A DNA stretch of 62,889 nt, filler included, from Octopus bimaculoides (taxonomy: Eukaryota), in NCBI RefSeq assembly GCF_001194135.2. It is 4 parts of 3 records of this genome, joined end to end, with 100 filler letters (N's around TTAATTAATTAA, not from the genome) between each part and the next. Parts side by side here need not be neighbours in the genome. Positions count along the whole stretch, not along the records: positions 30,288 to 53,072 come from NC_068984.1; 3 more parts are not named here. One strand, given 5' to 3'. The notes under the pieces were generated by a model. It searched no databases and was not told where the DNA came from. It saw only the letters and a program-made list of their open reading frames with translations. The position numbers and the translations under genes were made by a program. Positions 39,429 to 52,104 of this stretch are shown here, one piece after another (the first letter of the stretch is position 1; every line of letters begins with the position of its first letter).

Positions 39429-39573
39429 TTTTCTTCCGAGTGTGGAGAATAGAATTGGAAAACTTCCGCTCGTCCGGAAACTTGGAATTTACTGGAAAGG
39501 AAATTATCGTTTACCGACGACCTTTATTTTTTCTGTTCCCCCTCGAAAAAACAAAACAACAATATATATATAC

Positions 39574-39616
<43 letters not shown>

Positions 39617-39999
39617 NNNNNNNNNNNNNNNNNNNNNNNNNNNNNNNNNNNNNNNNNNNNNNNNNNNNNNNNNNNNNNNNNNNNNNNNNNNNNNNNNNNN
39701 NNNNNNNNNNNNNNNNNNNNNNNNNNNNNNNNNNNNNNNNNNNNNNNNNNNNNNNNNNNNNNNNNNNNNNNNNNNNNNNNNNNNNNNNNNNNNNNNNNNN
39801 NNNNNNNNNNNNNNNNNNNNNNNNNNNNNNNNNNNNNNNNNNNNNNNNNNNNNNNNNNNNNNNNNNNNNNNNNNNNNNNNNNNNNNNNNNNNNNNNNNNN
39901 NNNNNNNNNNNNNNNNNNNNNNNNNNNNNNNNNNNNNNNNNNNNNNNNNNNNNNNNNNNNNNNNNNNNNNNNNNNNNNNNNNNNNNNNNNNNNNNNNNA

Positions 40000-40272
40000 C
40001 GTTTCTCTTCTAAAATGTTCCACCCTAATATCTATGCTGACGGCAGCATCTGCTTGGACATTCTCCAGAACCGATGGAGTCCTACATACGATGTGTCTTC
40101 TATACTGACTTCTATTCAGTCGTTGTTAGACGAACCCAACCCAAACAGTCCTGCCAATAACCTGGCCGCCCAACTCTATCAGGAAAACCGACGGGAGTAT
40201 GAGAAACGAGTAAAAGCCATCGTGGAAGAGAGCTGGATTTACCAAGGCAACGGAGCTACTTCGCCGGAGTAA
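40000..40272 (+). CDS. UBE2A/RAD6: Ubiquitin-conjugating enzyme E2, RAD6/UBE2A-UBE2B family; residues ~71-160 (5' part hidden in gap 39617-39998)
   Basis: [90 protein letters not shown]. The HPN motif and catalytic Cys (TGC 40051-40053) are intact, with no stops or frameshifts. Confidence 0.97.
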   Translation, partial: RFSSKMFHPNIYADGSICLDILQNRWSPTYDVSSILTSIQSLLDEPNPNSPANNLAAQLYQENRREYEKRVKAIVEESWIYQGNGATSPE

Positions 40273-43200
40273 TAATAATGATAATAATATTAATAATGAA
40301 CACTTGTGTGTCTTGGTTGCATTCTTGTCCAACATTGAATGTTAGATAAATTCATTCTCTCTACTGACTTTCGGGTTCGTTCTCTCTGAATCCTGCCACG
40401 TAACACAAAAACCACACATATATATATAAAAAAAAGCACAAATACAAAAAGAAAACAGAAAAATCCGAAGAAAACAATTCATAAAAAAAACAAAGAAGAT
40501 TTCATCTTTTATCATTTATTTTTCCAAGTTCCAAAAAATCTGGTTGTTACAAAATGAAAAACTTGCCAACATACAAACTTAGTCAACACTATCACACACA
40601 CACACACACACACAGAGCATTTATTTCAAAAACATATCTATACACTTCTAAATTGCATCATCAATATGTTGGTTTTATTTCAAATGACTGGGTGTGTGTG
40701 GGATGTGGGAGTGGTGAGTAAGTAATGTATTTGACAAGATTCTTCCCTCTTTTATTGTTGTTATTGTCACTAACACTTGGTTATCTTCAGCATTTTATCT
40801 AGTCTTCAACCTGCTCAATTAGTCAGCCCTCGTACCATAGATGAAGAACTAAGAACAAGCCTTTAAATGGTCAGTCAGTTCTCTTGCCACAGATAGAGGA
40901 GTTATAAGCCCCGATCTGCTCGGTCCAGTCTGTTCTCTAAACAGGAGTTTGAGACTCATTAACAGTACATGCCAAAGACAAAGGAGTTAAACAGTCATCC
41001 ACATTTAGACAATACTCTCACTATTGATTAAGTTAATATAGACCCTGACATTTTAGGACAATACTCTCGACACAATTTGAAGAGCAAGGGTCAGCTTGGA
41101 CGTACTCAGGTCCAAGAATGCTCTCTGCAGACTGTAGAGTTATGCAGGCCGTGTTTATTTAGACAATAGTCTCATCTGAAAGCAAAGGGTTAGATAAACT
41201 CTGACTTGCTCATTTAGACAATAGTCTCACTATAGACCGAAGAGTTAGATGAAACCCTGACATAGGTATTACTCTCACCACAGACTGCAAAACCTCAAAG
41301 AAAAACTTTATATCAAGAAAGAATCTTTTTCTGTATTTGTTTCATTGAAAAGTAATTACAATTTTTCATTCAGGTAACGCAACTCAGCTGTTTATTTTTT
41401 GTTTTATTATCTTCACCATCTAAATATCTACACACACACACACGTGTGCGTGTAGTTTGCTGTTCTGCTCAGGTAAAATCACTGAAAAAAACGTATTCCA
41501 TTCAGTGAGAGAGAAATGTCATTTAATGTACACAGTATAAAGATGGGAGCTACAAATAGGTTCTTGCATTGGAGACATGGGTCTAAGCAGGTTTTTTTGT
41601 CTCCAAGTATATTCTAAAAGCCTGCAAAGACCCACATCTCCAGTGTAAGGAACCATTAGTTGCTCGTATCTTTATACTGTGTGCATATACACATGTCATC
41701 ATCATCATTTAATGTCTGCTTTCCATGGGTTGGATGGTTTGACAGTCTATTTTGGTATGGTTTTTATGGTTGGATGCCCTCCATAATACCAACATCTCCA
41801 CAGAGTGGACTGAATTCTTTTTATGTGGCACCAGCATAGGTGAGGTTAGTTTTGGCTTGGTTATTTTTGCAGCTGGATACCTTTTACAAATGCCTGCCAC
41901 TTTACAGTGTGGACTGGATGCTTTTCACATGGCACCAGCACTGACTGGCAGGGTCACCAAGTAATTTGCAAGACACAGATCCTTTGAGAGGGTGGGGTCT
42001 TGTGTCTGGTGATGAAAGGTTAGTGTGACAGAGAGGGAGAAACAGGTGTGTTGCTGCAGAGAAGAGGCATGGTTACCTGGTAAGAGAGAGCGATAAAGAG
42101 TGATCATGATTGAGGCCAGTAATAGGTGTGTTGCTGTAGAAGAGATACATGGATAACTGGTCAGAGGGATAGAGCAGGAGGAAGATGGTGGCAAAGTGCT
42201 AGGGCTTGCTCACAAGGGACAGGGATCAAAATATAAATAGGATAGTAGAGAAGAGCTAGGGAGAGATAAGTGGTGGCAAAGTGGAAGGGCATAACCCACA
42301 AGATATGGGGTCGGAATATGAATGGTAGGGTATTGGTAAGGTGCATGAGTAGAGACTTCACATGAATGTGGGGATAGGGGATGCAGTGATTGGTAAAACC
42401 TGAGCATTTAGACGGGGTGGGGGACAAGAGGATAGCAATGATAGAGTGAGCAGGGTGGGGACAGGAGAGCAAAAGATAGGGATAGACATAGGAGAGGAGA
42501 GATGTAAATTGGTTTGTTGGGGTTAGGTGTATATATATATGTAAATATACATAAATCTATAGCATCTCAAAGGGGATCATTAAATCCAAACTAGATCCTC
42601 TGTCAGCGCTCCTCTAAATATTGGTTAACAGAGTATTTCCAAATGGACAATTTTCTTTAAAAGAAAACATTTATACAGAGTGAAATTCCAAGTATACTAA
42701 ATTAGTTGCAGAGAATAACATATATCCAAGAATGGAATTTATTACAATTAAATGTTAGTTACATGCGTTTTAACGATACCTGGTTGATATATTTTTTCAT
42801 AAATTAAAGCATGATTTTGTAATGTTGGTTTCTAATTTTGACACAGAGCCAGCAATTCTGAGGGAGAGGTTAGGGGATTACATTGACCCGCCAGTATCTA
42901 ACTGGTACTTGTTTTATCAACCTCAAAATGGTGAAAAGCAAAGTCATCCTCAGTGGAATTTGAACTCAGGACGTAAAGACATACAAAATATTGCCCAATT
43001 TGCTAATGATTCTGGCAGCTTTCTGCTTTGATTGGTTTTCTGATACGGCAACATTTTACTTGTAAACCCTGCAAATCTCATCAGACAAGGTTAAATTGTG
43101 ATTGGTGTTGAATTTTGTCTGATGTGCATGGATCACATGTAATTTGTTGCATTATTATTAAACCATTTAGGTTTTTATTCCTGGAAAAATATATCAACAT

Positions 43201-43332
43201 GAATTGTCGAAACTCACACAACTAAGGAATAAATGTAATACTTTTAGTTCCATTCTTGGACTTGAGATAAAAATGGCATTGTCTATGTTGTAAGAAGAGA
43301 GAAGTGGAGGTGCTGCTTTGGTGTGTGATCTA

Positions 43333-43590
43333 CAAGGGAGATTACTTTATCCTGTTATGCTGATTTGAATAACAAAATCCATAAAAAGTAACCTAAAGTG
43401 ATCTGCCTTTAAATTGTGGATCCCACACCAAAGTGGCAGCTTTCTTTTTCTTAAATGATGTGAATTTCGTGCTGGTTTCTTGTAAAAATGCAACTGCCTT
43501 CGTCTCGTTGCTGATCACATTGTAAAATTCTTTTGCCAGTATCTTATGGGGTTGTAGAAATTGAAAAGTAACCTAAAGTAATATCCCTTG
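43333..43590. mobile_element. Tc1/mariner-type MITE, 258 bp, TA-flanked
   Basis: TA-caagggagattacttta ... taaagtaatatcccttg-TA (1 mismatch); internal aaaagtaacctaaagt occurs twice. Confidence 0.75.
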
Positions 43591-44334
43591 TAGATCACAT
43601 GCCACAGTAGCACCAAAATGAAATAATTTGTTTTTAATGAGGGAACTTAAAGTAGGGAAATAATGGTGTCTCGTGCACTGAAGATGTGAGTTCAAGTCCC
43701 ATTGGCAGTTGTCACTTTTTTTTCTCCGAAACGACTTTTTAAAAAACTCTGTATTTACACAGTGTTATTTATAACTTCATCTAGTTTTGAGTTCCACTGT
43801 TGAAAATGAATAGAAAATGTGTGTGTGTGTCATGTGATTGACCAGACTATCGAATGTCGTTATACATCATTAGTTGCAATGCACTTTGTGTCATTTTAGC
43901 ATTTAATTGATGCAACTCAGCAGCTGGGTTAGGCGAGCAAGCCACCATTGCCCCCTGATCAGGGGGCTAGGCCATCGTAGGGTGACACCTTTACAGCTGA
44001 GTGGACTGGAACAAGTGAGATGAAGTGTTTTGCTCAAGAACTCAATGTGCCACATGGTCTGGGAATTGAACCCATGGTCTAGTGGTCATGAGTGCAACAT
44101 GCCTAACCACTGGGCCATGCAACTTCACTACACACACACACGTACTTTTAAAGACCTCTATACTGCCATACTTGAATGGGTTTGATAGGTCCTCCCTCTC
44201 CAGTTATTTGTTAGATTACTTTGTGAGGTTCAGCCTCCTAAAAATCAATTGTTACCACTTCTGTAAATGTATTCTGTTTCCTTCCACATGGATCTCCTGC
44301 CAATTCTTTATCCACCTCTTACAATCTATATATA

Positions 44335-45765
44335 TCATCATCGTTTAACATCCATTTTCCATGCTGGCATGGGTTGGATGGTTTGACTGAGGTCTGGAAA
44401 GCCAGCGGCTGCACCAGGCGCCAGTATATGTTAATGTCTATACCAATGTATCCATGTCTCTTACTACATCTAATTCAGTTTTTCCCACAACTCATCCGAG
44501 TCTCATATATACACACTTAACATTACACATCCATCAGAGAATGCTTGCTTTGTGTCTCTCCAACTTTTGAACATCCTCTGCATGCCGTAGCCATGTCTTG
44601 TCACCAAGCAGCATCACAGTTCATGCACAAGCATTGTACAATCTCCCCTTTGCCTGAAGAGAAAATCTCTTTGTTACCAGTTGAGGTAATAGTTCCCTAA
44701 CTTCACCCATCCTGTCCTTATTCTAGCTACTATATTTAAACATCACCCTCTTCCACCTGTAATTCTGTTGCCATGGTAACAGAATCTATTAACTTCTTCA
44801 GGCCCTGGGTTCTCCGACTCCAAGCTCTTCTTGTACATCTGCTGTATACAAGGACTTTATTTGCTCTCACTATGTCTACAATCCCACTATATTTCTTGTA
44901 CACTCCTGGAACACATTGATTACATCCTCATCATTTAATGTCCCTTTTCTATGCTGGCTTGGGTTGGATGGTTTAATAGGTGTTGACCAGAGCTGCTCGG
45001 ACTCCAGTTGTCTGTTTTGGCCAGGTTTCTATGGCTGGATGCCCTTCCTAATATGCCGATGATTAATAGAGTGTGGACTGGGTGCTTTTAATGTGGCATT
45101 GGCATGAGTGCTTTCATGTGGCATTGGTGAGGGTGCTATTACTGAGCATCAGCACCCATGAGCCTGCAACACTAGGATCTCTGAGCTGAGGACATGCCTG
45201 GATGTATGGATAGCCTTGATTTTATTTAGCTTGGTGTGTCTCCTTAAGCACAGCAAACTGCCAGGAATCTCCGTCTCTTCTCACCTCCTCTGTGAGGCCC
45301 ACTGTCTGAAGATCCTTTCTCACCACGTCACCCCATGTGTTCCTGGGTCTCTCTCTTCCATAGGTTCCCTCCACAACTAGAGATCGGAACTTCTTGATGC
45401 ATCTGTCCTCATCTCTATGCATCGTATGATCATACCTGATTTTTCTCTTAAACCACATTTACACTCTGTCGTGCATGCATGCTGACATTGCACATCCAGC
45501 GGAGCATGCTGTCTTCCTTTCTTTCAAGCCTTCACATGTCCCCCGTAGTGACAGCCCATGTCTCACTGCCATGTAGCATGGCTGTTTGTAGCTAATTATA
45601 TTTTGTTTGGAATATCTTGACTGAGTTTGGTCTTTCCAGCTGCCCATCTAATCTACAGAAACTACATGAACAACCGAAACAGTTAAGGTTTACCATTGGA
45701 CTACTTTGACTGTAATACTTCCCACTATGTATAGAGTTCTTCCCTGTTCCACAACCATGAATATC
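44335..45765 (-). mobile_element. Cluster of decayed RTE LINE 3' fragments
   Basis: The track ORF 45222-45458 (HRDEDRCIKKFRSLVVEGTYGRERPRNTWGDVVRKDL) is the RTE C-terminal GRPRKTW region; (GAT)n tails at 44335, 44930 and 45775. Confidence 0.85.
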
Positions 45766-46336
45766 CTACATCATCATCATCATTGCCATTTAACATCTGC
45801 CTTCCATGCTGGTCCAGGTTTGATGGTTTGAGAGGAGCTGGCAAGCCAGAAGCCTGCACCAAGCTCCACTGTTTTGGCATGGATTCTACAGCTGGGTGTC
45901 CTTCCTAACACCAACTACATCACAGAGTGGACAGTACTTTTTACATGACATTAGCACTGGCAAGGGCTGGCATATATATACGTATAAATATAAATATGTG
46001 AAGGTGCATGGCCCAGTGGTTAACGCATTGTGCTTGCAATCATGAGGTAGTGAGTTTGATTCCTGGACCGGGCTGTATGTTGTGTTCTTGAACAGGATAC
46101 TTTATTTCACGTTGCTCCAGTTCACTCAGCTGTAGGAATGAGTTGTGACGTCACAGGTGCCAAGCTGTATCAGCTCCTTTGCCCTTCCCCTCGGTGGCAT
46201 GGAGAGGGGAGGCTGGTATGTATGGGCGACTGCTTGTCTTCCATAAACAACCTTGCCAGGATTTGTGCCCCAGAGGGGAACTTTCAAGATTCTATCCCAT
46301 GGTCATTCATGACCAGGTAGGGGGTTCTTAATATGT

Positions 46337-46712
46337 AGGCGAAGGTATGGCTGTGTGATAAGAAGCTTGCTTCCCAACCACATGGTTCCAGGTTCAGTCC
46401 CCTGTGTGGTACCTTGGGCAAGTGTTTTGTACTACAGCCCCGGGCCAACCAAAGTCTTGTGAGTGGATTTGGTAGATGGAAACTGAAAGAAGCCCGTTGT
46501 GTATATATATATATATATGTCTGTGTTTGTCCCCCTACCGTCACTTGACAACCGATGTTGGTGTGCTTACGTCCCCATAACTTAGTGGTTCGGCAAAAGA
46601 GACCGATAGAATAAGTACTAGGCTTAGAAAGAATAAGTCTTGGGGTCGATTTGTTCGACTAAAGGTGGTGCTCCAGCATGGCCACAGTCAAATGACTGAA
46701 ACAAGGAAGAGT
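46337..46712 (+). mobile_element. Full-length SINE family A copy with CpG decay
   Basis: Colinear with 59290-59692 but several CpG sites read TpG/CpA. Confidence 0.9.
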
Positions 46713-48458
46713 AACCAAGATAGAGTTGGCTGGGGAAGAAGCATGTAGGAGAGAGATGAAGTCCAACTACCTCGAGGAATCGGTTCTGAGATTTCATCAT
46801 CATTGTTTAATGTCTGTTTTCCATGCTGGCATGGGTTGGACGGTTTGACTGAGGTCTGGAAAGCTAGAAGGCTGCACCTAGGAAGAAAGCAGCGAATGTA
46901 TACGGAAACAAGGATGGAAAAGAAAATGGAGAATGTTACACAAATACAAATATAACGACAAGATGAATTAAATTAAGCTGGCGCGTGTGGAAGTAAAGCC
47001 TTACGGCAGGGGTACAAGATTTCACAGGCACAGGGAGGAATATAGATGTTGCATGGACAGCGGCCAAACCAAGAAAGAAAGGTTAGGCTTGGCTGAACAC
47101 TGGTCAGGTGAGGAGTGAAGAGAGATAGGTAGAGGCAGAGGGACAAGAAATAAGGAGGGGCGAGAAAAAATGACGGACAGAGTGAAGTGAAAAGAGGAGG
47201 GAAAGTGACGACAGGCTTCTTTCAGTTTCCATCTACCAAATCCACTCACAGAACTTGGTCAGAGTCTATAGGAGACAGGGTGGCACATAGTGGGACTGAA
47301 CCCAGAACTATGTGGTTGGGAAGCAAGCTTCTTACCACACAACCACGCCTTCTTTTAATGTCCATCTTCCATGTTGGTGTAGTTTTGGATGGTTTGATAA
47401 GATCTGACAGGCCCAAAGACTGCATTGTACTCCATTGTCTGCTTTGCCATGGTTTCTATGGCTGGATGCCCTTCTTAACCCCAACCACTTTACAGTGTGT
47501 GTTCTGGGGGCTTTTTTCTTCTTCTGTTGTTGTAGCACCAGCACTAGTGAAGTGAGCATGCAGCTTGCAAAACTAAGATCCCTTTTGACAGAATGGGGCA
47601 GCAGTAGAAAGGGAAGCTGCTTTATGCTAAGGGATGATTGTACAGTACAAATGTTAACCTTTTAAATAAAGTAACAAAAGGGTTAAATGTCTAAAAAAAA
47701 GAAGAGGAAAGGGCAGTTGAGGAAATACTGTTTCATGTTGACCCAAGTGTACTTTGTTTGCACTGTGGCCCACCACCACAAGAATCTACAGGGGTCCACA
47801 AATAAACTGGACATGTCCAATCTACAGCAGTGCATTCCGATATGATTCTGTTATTCATCATATTGGTTGTCAGCCAAGGAAGGGTGTCATTATCATCATC
47901 ATCATCAGAGGATGGAGTGACATGCCCTTGACCCTTTTAAGGACCTCCAACACTGGTGGGAAGAAGGACGTTATCCTTTGAGCTGGAACCACATCCAAAT
48001 AGAATAATCTCCTCTACTGAAGGCAACTAAGGGCCAGGTGGTCGAGGCAGTGCACCGTTTATTGGTGACTCCCTTCTACTCTTGGTAGATGATGCCTTTC
48101 CCCTACTCAGGTGGCAACTCTCTGACCCCTGTGTCCCTTTGGGTACTCGTTGCTGGTAAGAGTTTTCTGGGTCTTTTAGTTGATTTTTTGTATGACTTGC
48201 AGAGGAAATGTTAAGTTTATTCTTTTGAGATGTCAGTTCCCCACCCCCACCAAACACTAGACCAACGTGAAAGGAAATGTTTTACTCAAGAGCACAGCAT
48301 GCTGCCTTGTGCAGGAATTGAACCCATGGTCTGGTCATTGTGAGTGCAACACGCCTTCACCAGAAGGTGGTGGTGGTCTTACATGAAGCAATGATTTACC
48401 ATTGATAGCTGAGAATCAGACTTGTTTGTCTGTCTGTGTGTCTATGTGTTTCATACAC

Positions 48459-48635
48459 CTGCTTAATCATTACTGGACCCTGGGCCCTGCACCACCAAAC
48501 AACATCATTGAAAGGTTGGGATGCTGACAAAAATGGTCCATGATCTTCTATTAGTTGTTGAACCAACTGACTATTTGTTTCAGCCTGTCTAATAACAGGT
48601 TCCATTTGTAATGGAAGCTTGAAATGTTGGCTCCA
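48459..48635 (-). CDS. Candidate internal coding exon (177 nt) of an unidentified gene
   Basis: Acceptor ttttgtttttaacatctgttgttacattccag|, donor CAG|GTGTAT. Only frame 0 is open: WSQHFKLPLQMEPVIRQAETNSQLVQQLIEDHGPFLSASQPFNDVVWWCRAQGPVMIKQ. No family recognised. Confidence 0.4.
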
Positions 48636-51600
48636 CTGGAATGTAACAACAGATGTTAAAAACAAAATTGCTTCATGAGTGTAAGACAGGTTCATCATGT
48701 TTTGTATATGACACAGACATTAAACTGTTTGGAAGTGTAATGTAGAAGGAAGAATATAGAAGTCTGCTATTTTGGGAAAGTCTTGAAGATGGAGATGTTT
48801 TCTGATGTACCCATAAAGGATTCTGCTAGAGATATTAAACTTTTCCTCTTCTTCACAGGAAACCAAATATATTTTCATTTTTAACAACTAATAAAACCTA
48901 CAAATTGTCCAACACAGACCCTCATTAGTTCCCTGAAATCTCCAGTCTACTTTCATATTTTAAAGACAGAACTCACAATTGGAAAAAAACAAAACAAATA
49001 AAACAGACACAGATAACATCAAAGTTATGGAATATAGAATGTGAGGAAACATCAAAGTTAGAACTGTGAAGAGACGCATCGAATGTTTTATCATCTTTAC
49101 TTTGGCATTCTGAGTTTAAGTCCCTCTAATGCTCGACTAAAGGCAGTGCTCCAGCATGGCCACAGTCGAATAACTGAAACAAAAGAAATAAAAAAAAGAA
49201 AAGTATATCATTGCATGGGACCTTGGGCAAGTGTCTTCTCTATAGCTCTGGGCTGACCAAAGCCTTGCAAGTGGATTTGAGAGATGGAAACTGAAAGAAG
49301 CCCATGATCTATTTATGTATGTGTGTGAACATGTGCATATTTGTGTTTCCCTGTCTTGGCAACATGTGGTAGTTGTAAGCGAGTGTCACTGTCATAAAAG
49401 CAGTGTCATTCTCTATATTCTACGAGAATATGTCTGGTCACATGACCTTGTGTGGAAACAGGTGAGAGTTGGCAACAGGGAGTGCATCAGTTTTGGTAAG
49501 TAGGAAGGTACCGGATTCTCCAAGACTAGTTAGATCAGCTGATATAGCGATGCATCTTAAATGCCTGTGAGGAACAACTTGCAAGAAAAGAAATGCATTT
49601 TTCACTCTTGTTTTTCCAGGCTGGCATGGGTTTTGAAGAATATGCCATCAAAGCCTTGTTTTACAGTTGGATACCCTTCCTGTCACTAACCCTTACCATA
49701 CAAACACACATGCACATACTTATATAGGATTATCCTCATCATCATTTTAATGTGCACTTTTCTGTGCTTGCATGGTTCAAATGAAATTTGTTGATGCAGA
49801 TTTTCCATGGTCACCCCCCCATCTCCGATTGTCATCTGTTTTCAAGCAAGATAATATTTCCCTTTGGTGGGACATGCTTTCACACAAGACTGGAAATGGA
49901 AGTCAATGCTCACGTGATCTCAAGATGAGGATACAAACTCTCCCCATTCATATGCATACATATTTGATTACAGTGGATCCATAAAAGACCTCGCCATAAA
50001 GTGAAGAACACCACAATTGACAGAACAATGCAAATCAAGGCAGTTAATTAATCCATTATCAAAGCATGAAATGCACCAAAGAAGGGAGATTAACTGTTGT
50101 TTGATATTCTGCAATTCTAATAATATCCCAAAATGAATGGAATCTCAAGCGTGACATAAAAACATCATAATCAAAACAGACAAATGGATTAACGAGCACT
50201 GCTTTCAGTTGTTTCATTGATGTTCTGTAGATTAATCAACATATCACAGCTCCCTGATTGTACTATGCTTGTACTATTCTCCTCACGAAACATCATCATC
50301 ATCATCATTGTTTAAAGTCCGCCTTCCACGATGGCCTGGGTTGGATGGTTTGACAGGAGCTGGCCAGGCAGAAGACTGTACCAGACTTCTGTCACTGTTT
50401 TGGCAGGATTTTTAAAGCTGGATGCCCTTCCAAATACCAACCACTATACAGTGTGGACTGGGTGCTTTTAAGTAGCACCTGCACTGACAGGGTCACCAAG
50501 TACTTGCAAGACAAGAAAAAAAAACTTTCAAGAGGGGTGGGGTCGTTAGAGGAGGTGATCTTGTGTTGGATGATGAAAAGGTTCAAGTGAGACAGAGAGG
50601 CAGAAACAGGTGTCTTGCTGTAGAAGAAGTACAAAGACACTTAAAAAGTTACCTCCTTGTTCCATGTATTTCTTCATGTGTTCCTGTCAAATGAGAATAC
50701 AGCCTTCTCAGTAGAGTCACAGATGATGGCTCCACAACTTATCCATTTATAATGATTATTCTTTTGCCTTCTTTTTGTTGAATCGCTAAGTTATGGGTTG
50801 TAAACAAACCACCAATTGTCAAATAGCGAGTGGAGAGACAAACGCAAAGATATGCAGTTTTACACACACACAAACACACGTACGAAAAAGAAATAAAGTT
50901 AATTCAAAATACTTTGTTTTCAAGGGAGATAACTCCCACTAACGCTACTTAGAGTTACTTCCCATGCATAGCTAACGCGACTATTGTGCTTGACGATCTT
51001 ATAAGTCTTCAATGATCGACTGATGNNNNNNNNNNNNNNNNNNNNNNNNNNNNNNNNNNNNNNNNNNNNNNNNNNNNNNNNNNNNNNNNNNNNNNNNNNN
51101 NNNNNNNNNNNNNNNNNNNNNNNNNTTTTCACACTACATACGTCAAGATCACCAGCATTCTATCCCCCACACACACTGCCTCTCGTTCTTCGATCACCGT
51201 TTGTTATCTCCCCCTTTTCTTAGCTCTCCTGAAAAAAGAATTTCTAACTTCCGGTCAGCCATTATTAGCCGTTATTATGATTGACCGTTNNNNNNNNNNN
51301 NNNNNNNNNNNNNNNNNNNNNNNNNNNNNNNNNNNNNNNNNNNNNNNNNNNNNNNNNNNNNNNNNNNNNNNNNNNNNNNNNNNNNNNNNNNNNNNNNNNN
51401 NNNNNNNNNNNNNNNNNNNNNNNNNNNNNNNNNNNNNNNNNNNNNNNNNNNNNNNNNNNNNNNNNNNNNNNNNNNNNNNNNNNNNNNNNNNNNNNNNNNN
51501 NNNNNNNNNNNNNNNNNNNNNNNNNNNNNNNNNNNNNNNNNNNNNNNNNNNNNNNNNNNNNNNNNNNNNNNNNNNNNNNNNNNNNNNNNNNNNNNNNNNN

Positions 51601-52070
51601 NNNNNNNNNNNNNNNNNNNNNNNNNNNNNNNNNNNNNNNNNNNNNNNNNNNNNNNNNNNNNNNNNNNNNNNNNNNNNNNNNNNNNNNNNNNNNNNNNNNN
51701 NNNNNNNNNNNNNNNNNNNNNNNNNNNNNNNNNNNNNNNNNNNNNNNNNNNNNNNNNNNNNNNNNNNNNNNNNNNNNNNNNNNNNNNNNNNNNNNNNNNN
51801 NNNNNNNNNNNNNNNNNNNNNNNNNNNNNNNNNNNNNNNNNNNNNNNNNNNNNNNNNNNNNNNNNNNNNNNNNNNNNNNNNNNNNNNNNNNNNNNNNNNN
51901 NNNNNNNNNNNNNNNNNNNNNNNNNNNNNNNNNNNNNNNNNNNNNNNNNNNNNNNNNNNNNNNNNNNNNNNNNNNNNNNNNNNNNNNNNNNNNNNNNNNN
52001 NNNNNNNNNNNNNNNNNNNNNNNNNNNNNNNNNNNNNNNNNNNNNNNNNNNNNNNNNNNNNNNNNNNNNN

Positions 52071-52104
<34 letters not shown>

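Noticed and set aside
40243-40272. C-terminal extension [11 protein letters not shown] as a novel RAD6 domain
   Set aside because: RAD6 tails vary in length among eukaryotes, and an ~8-residue extension is within that range.
47655-47688. 32-nt minus-strand exon after a strong acceptor
   Set aside because: The sequence is TTAA-ccttt...aaaggg-TTAA, more consistent with a collapsed piggyBac-type MITE remnant.
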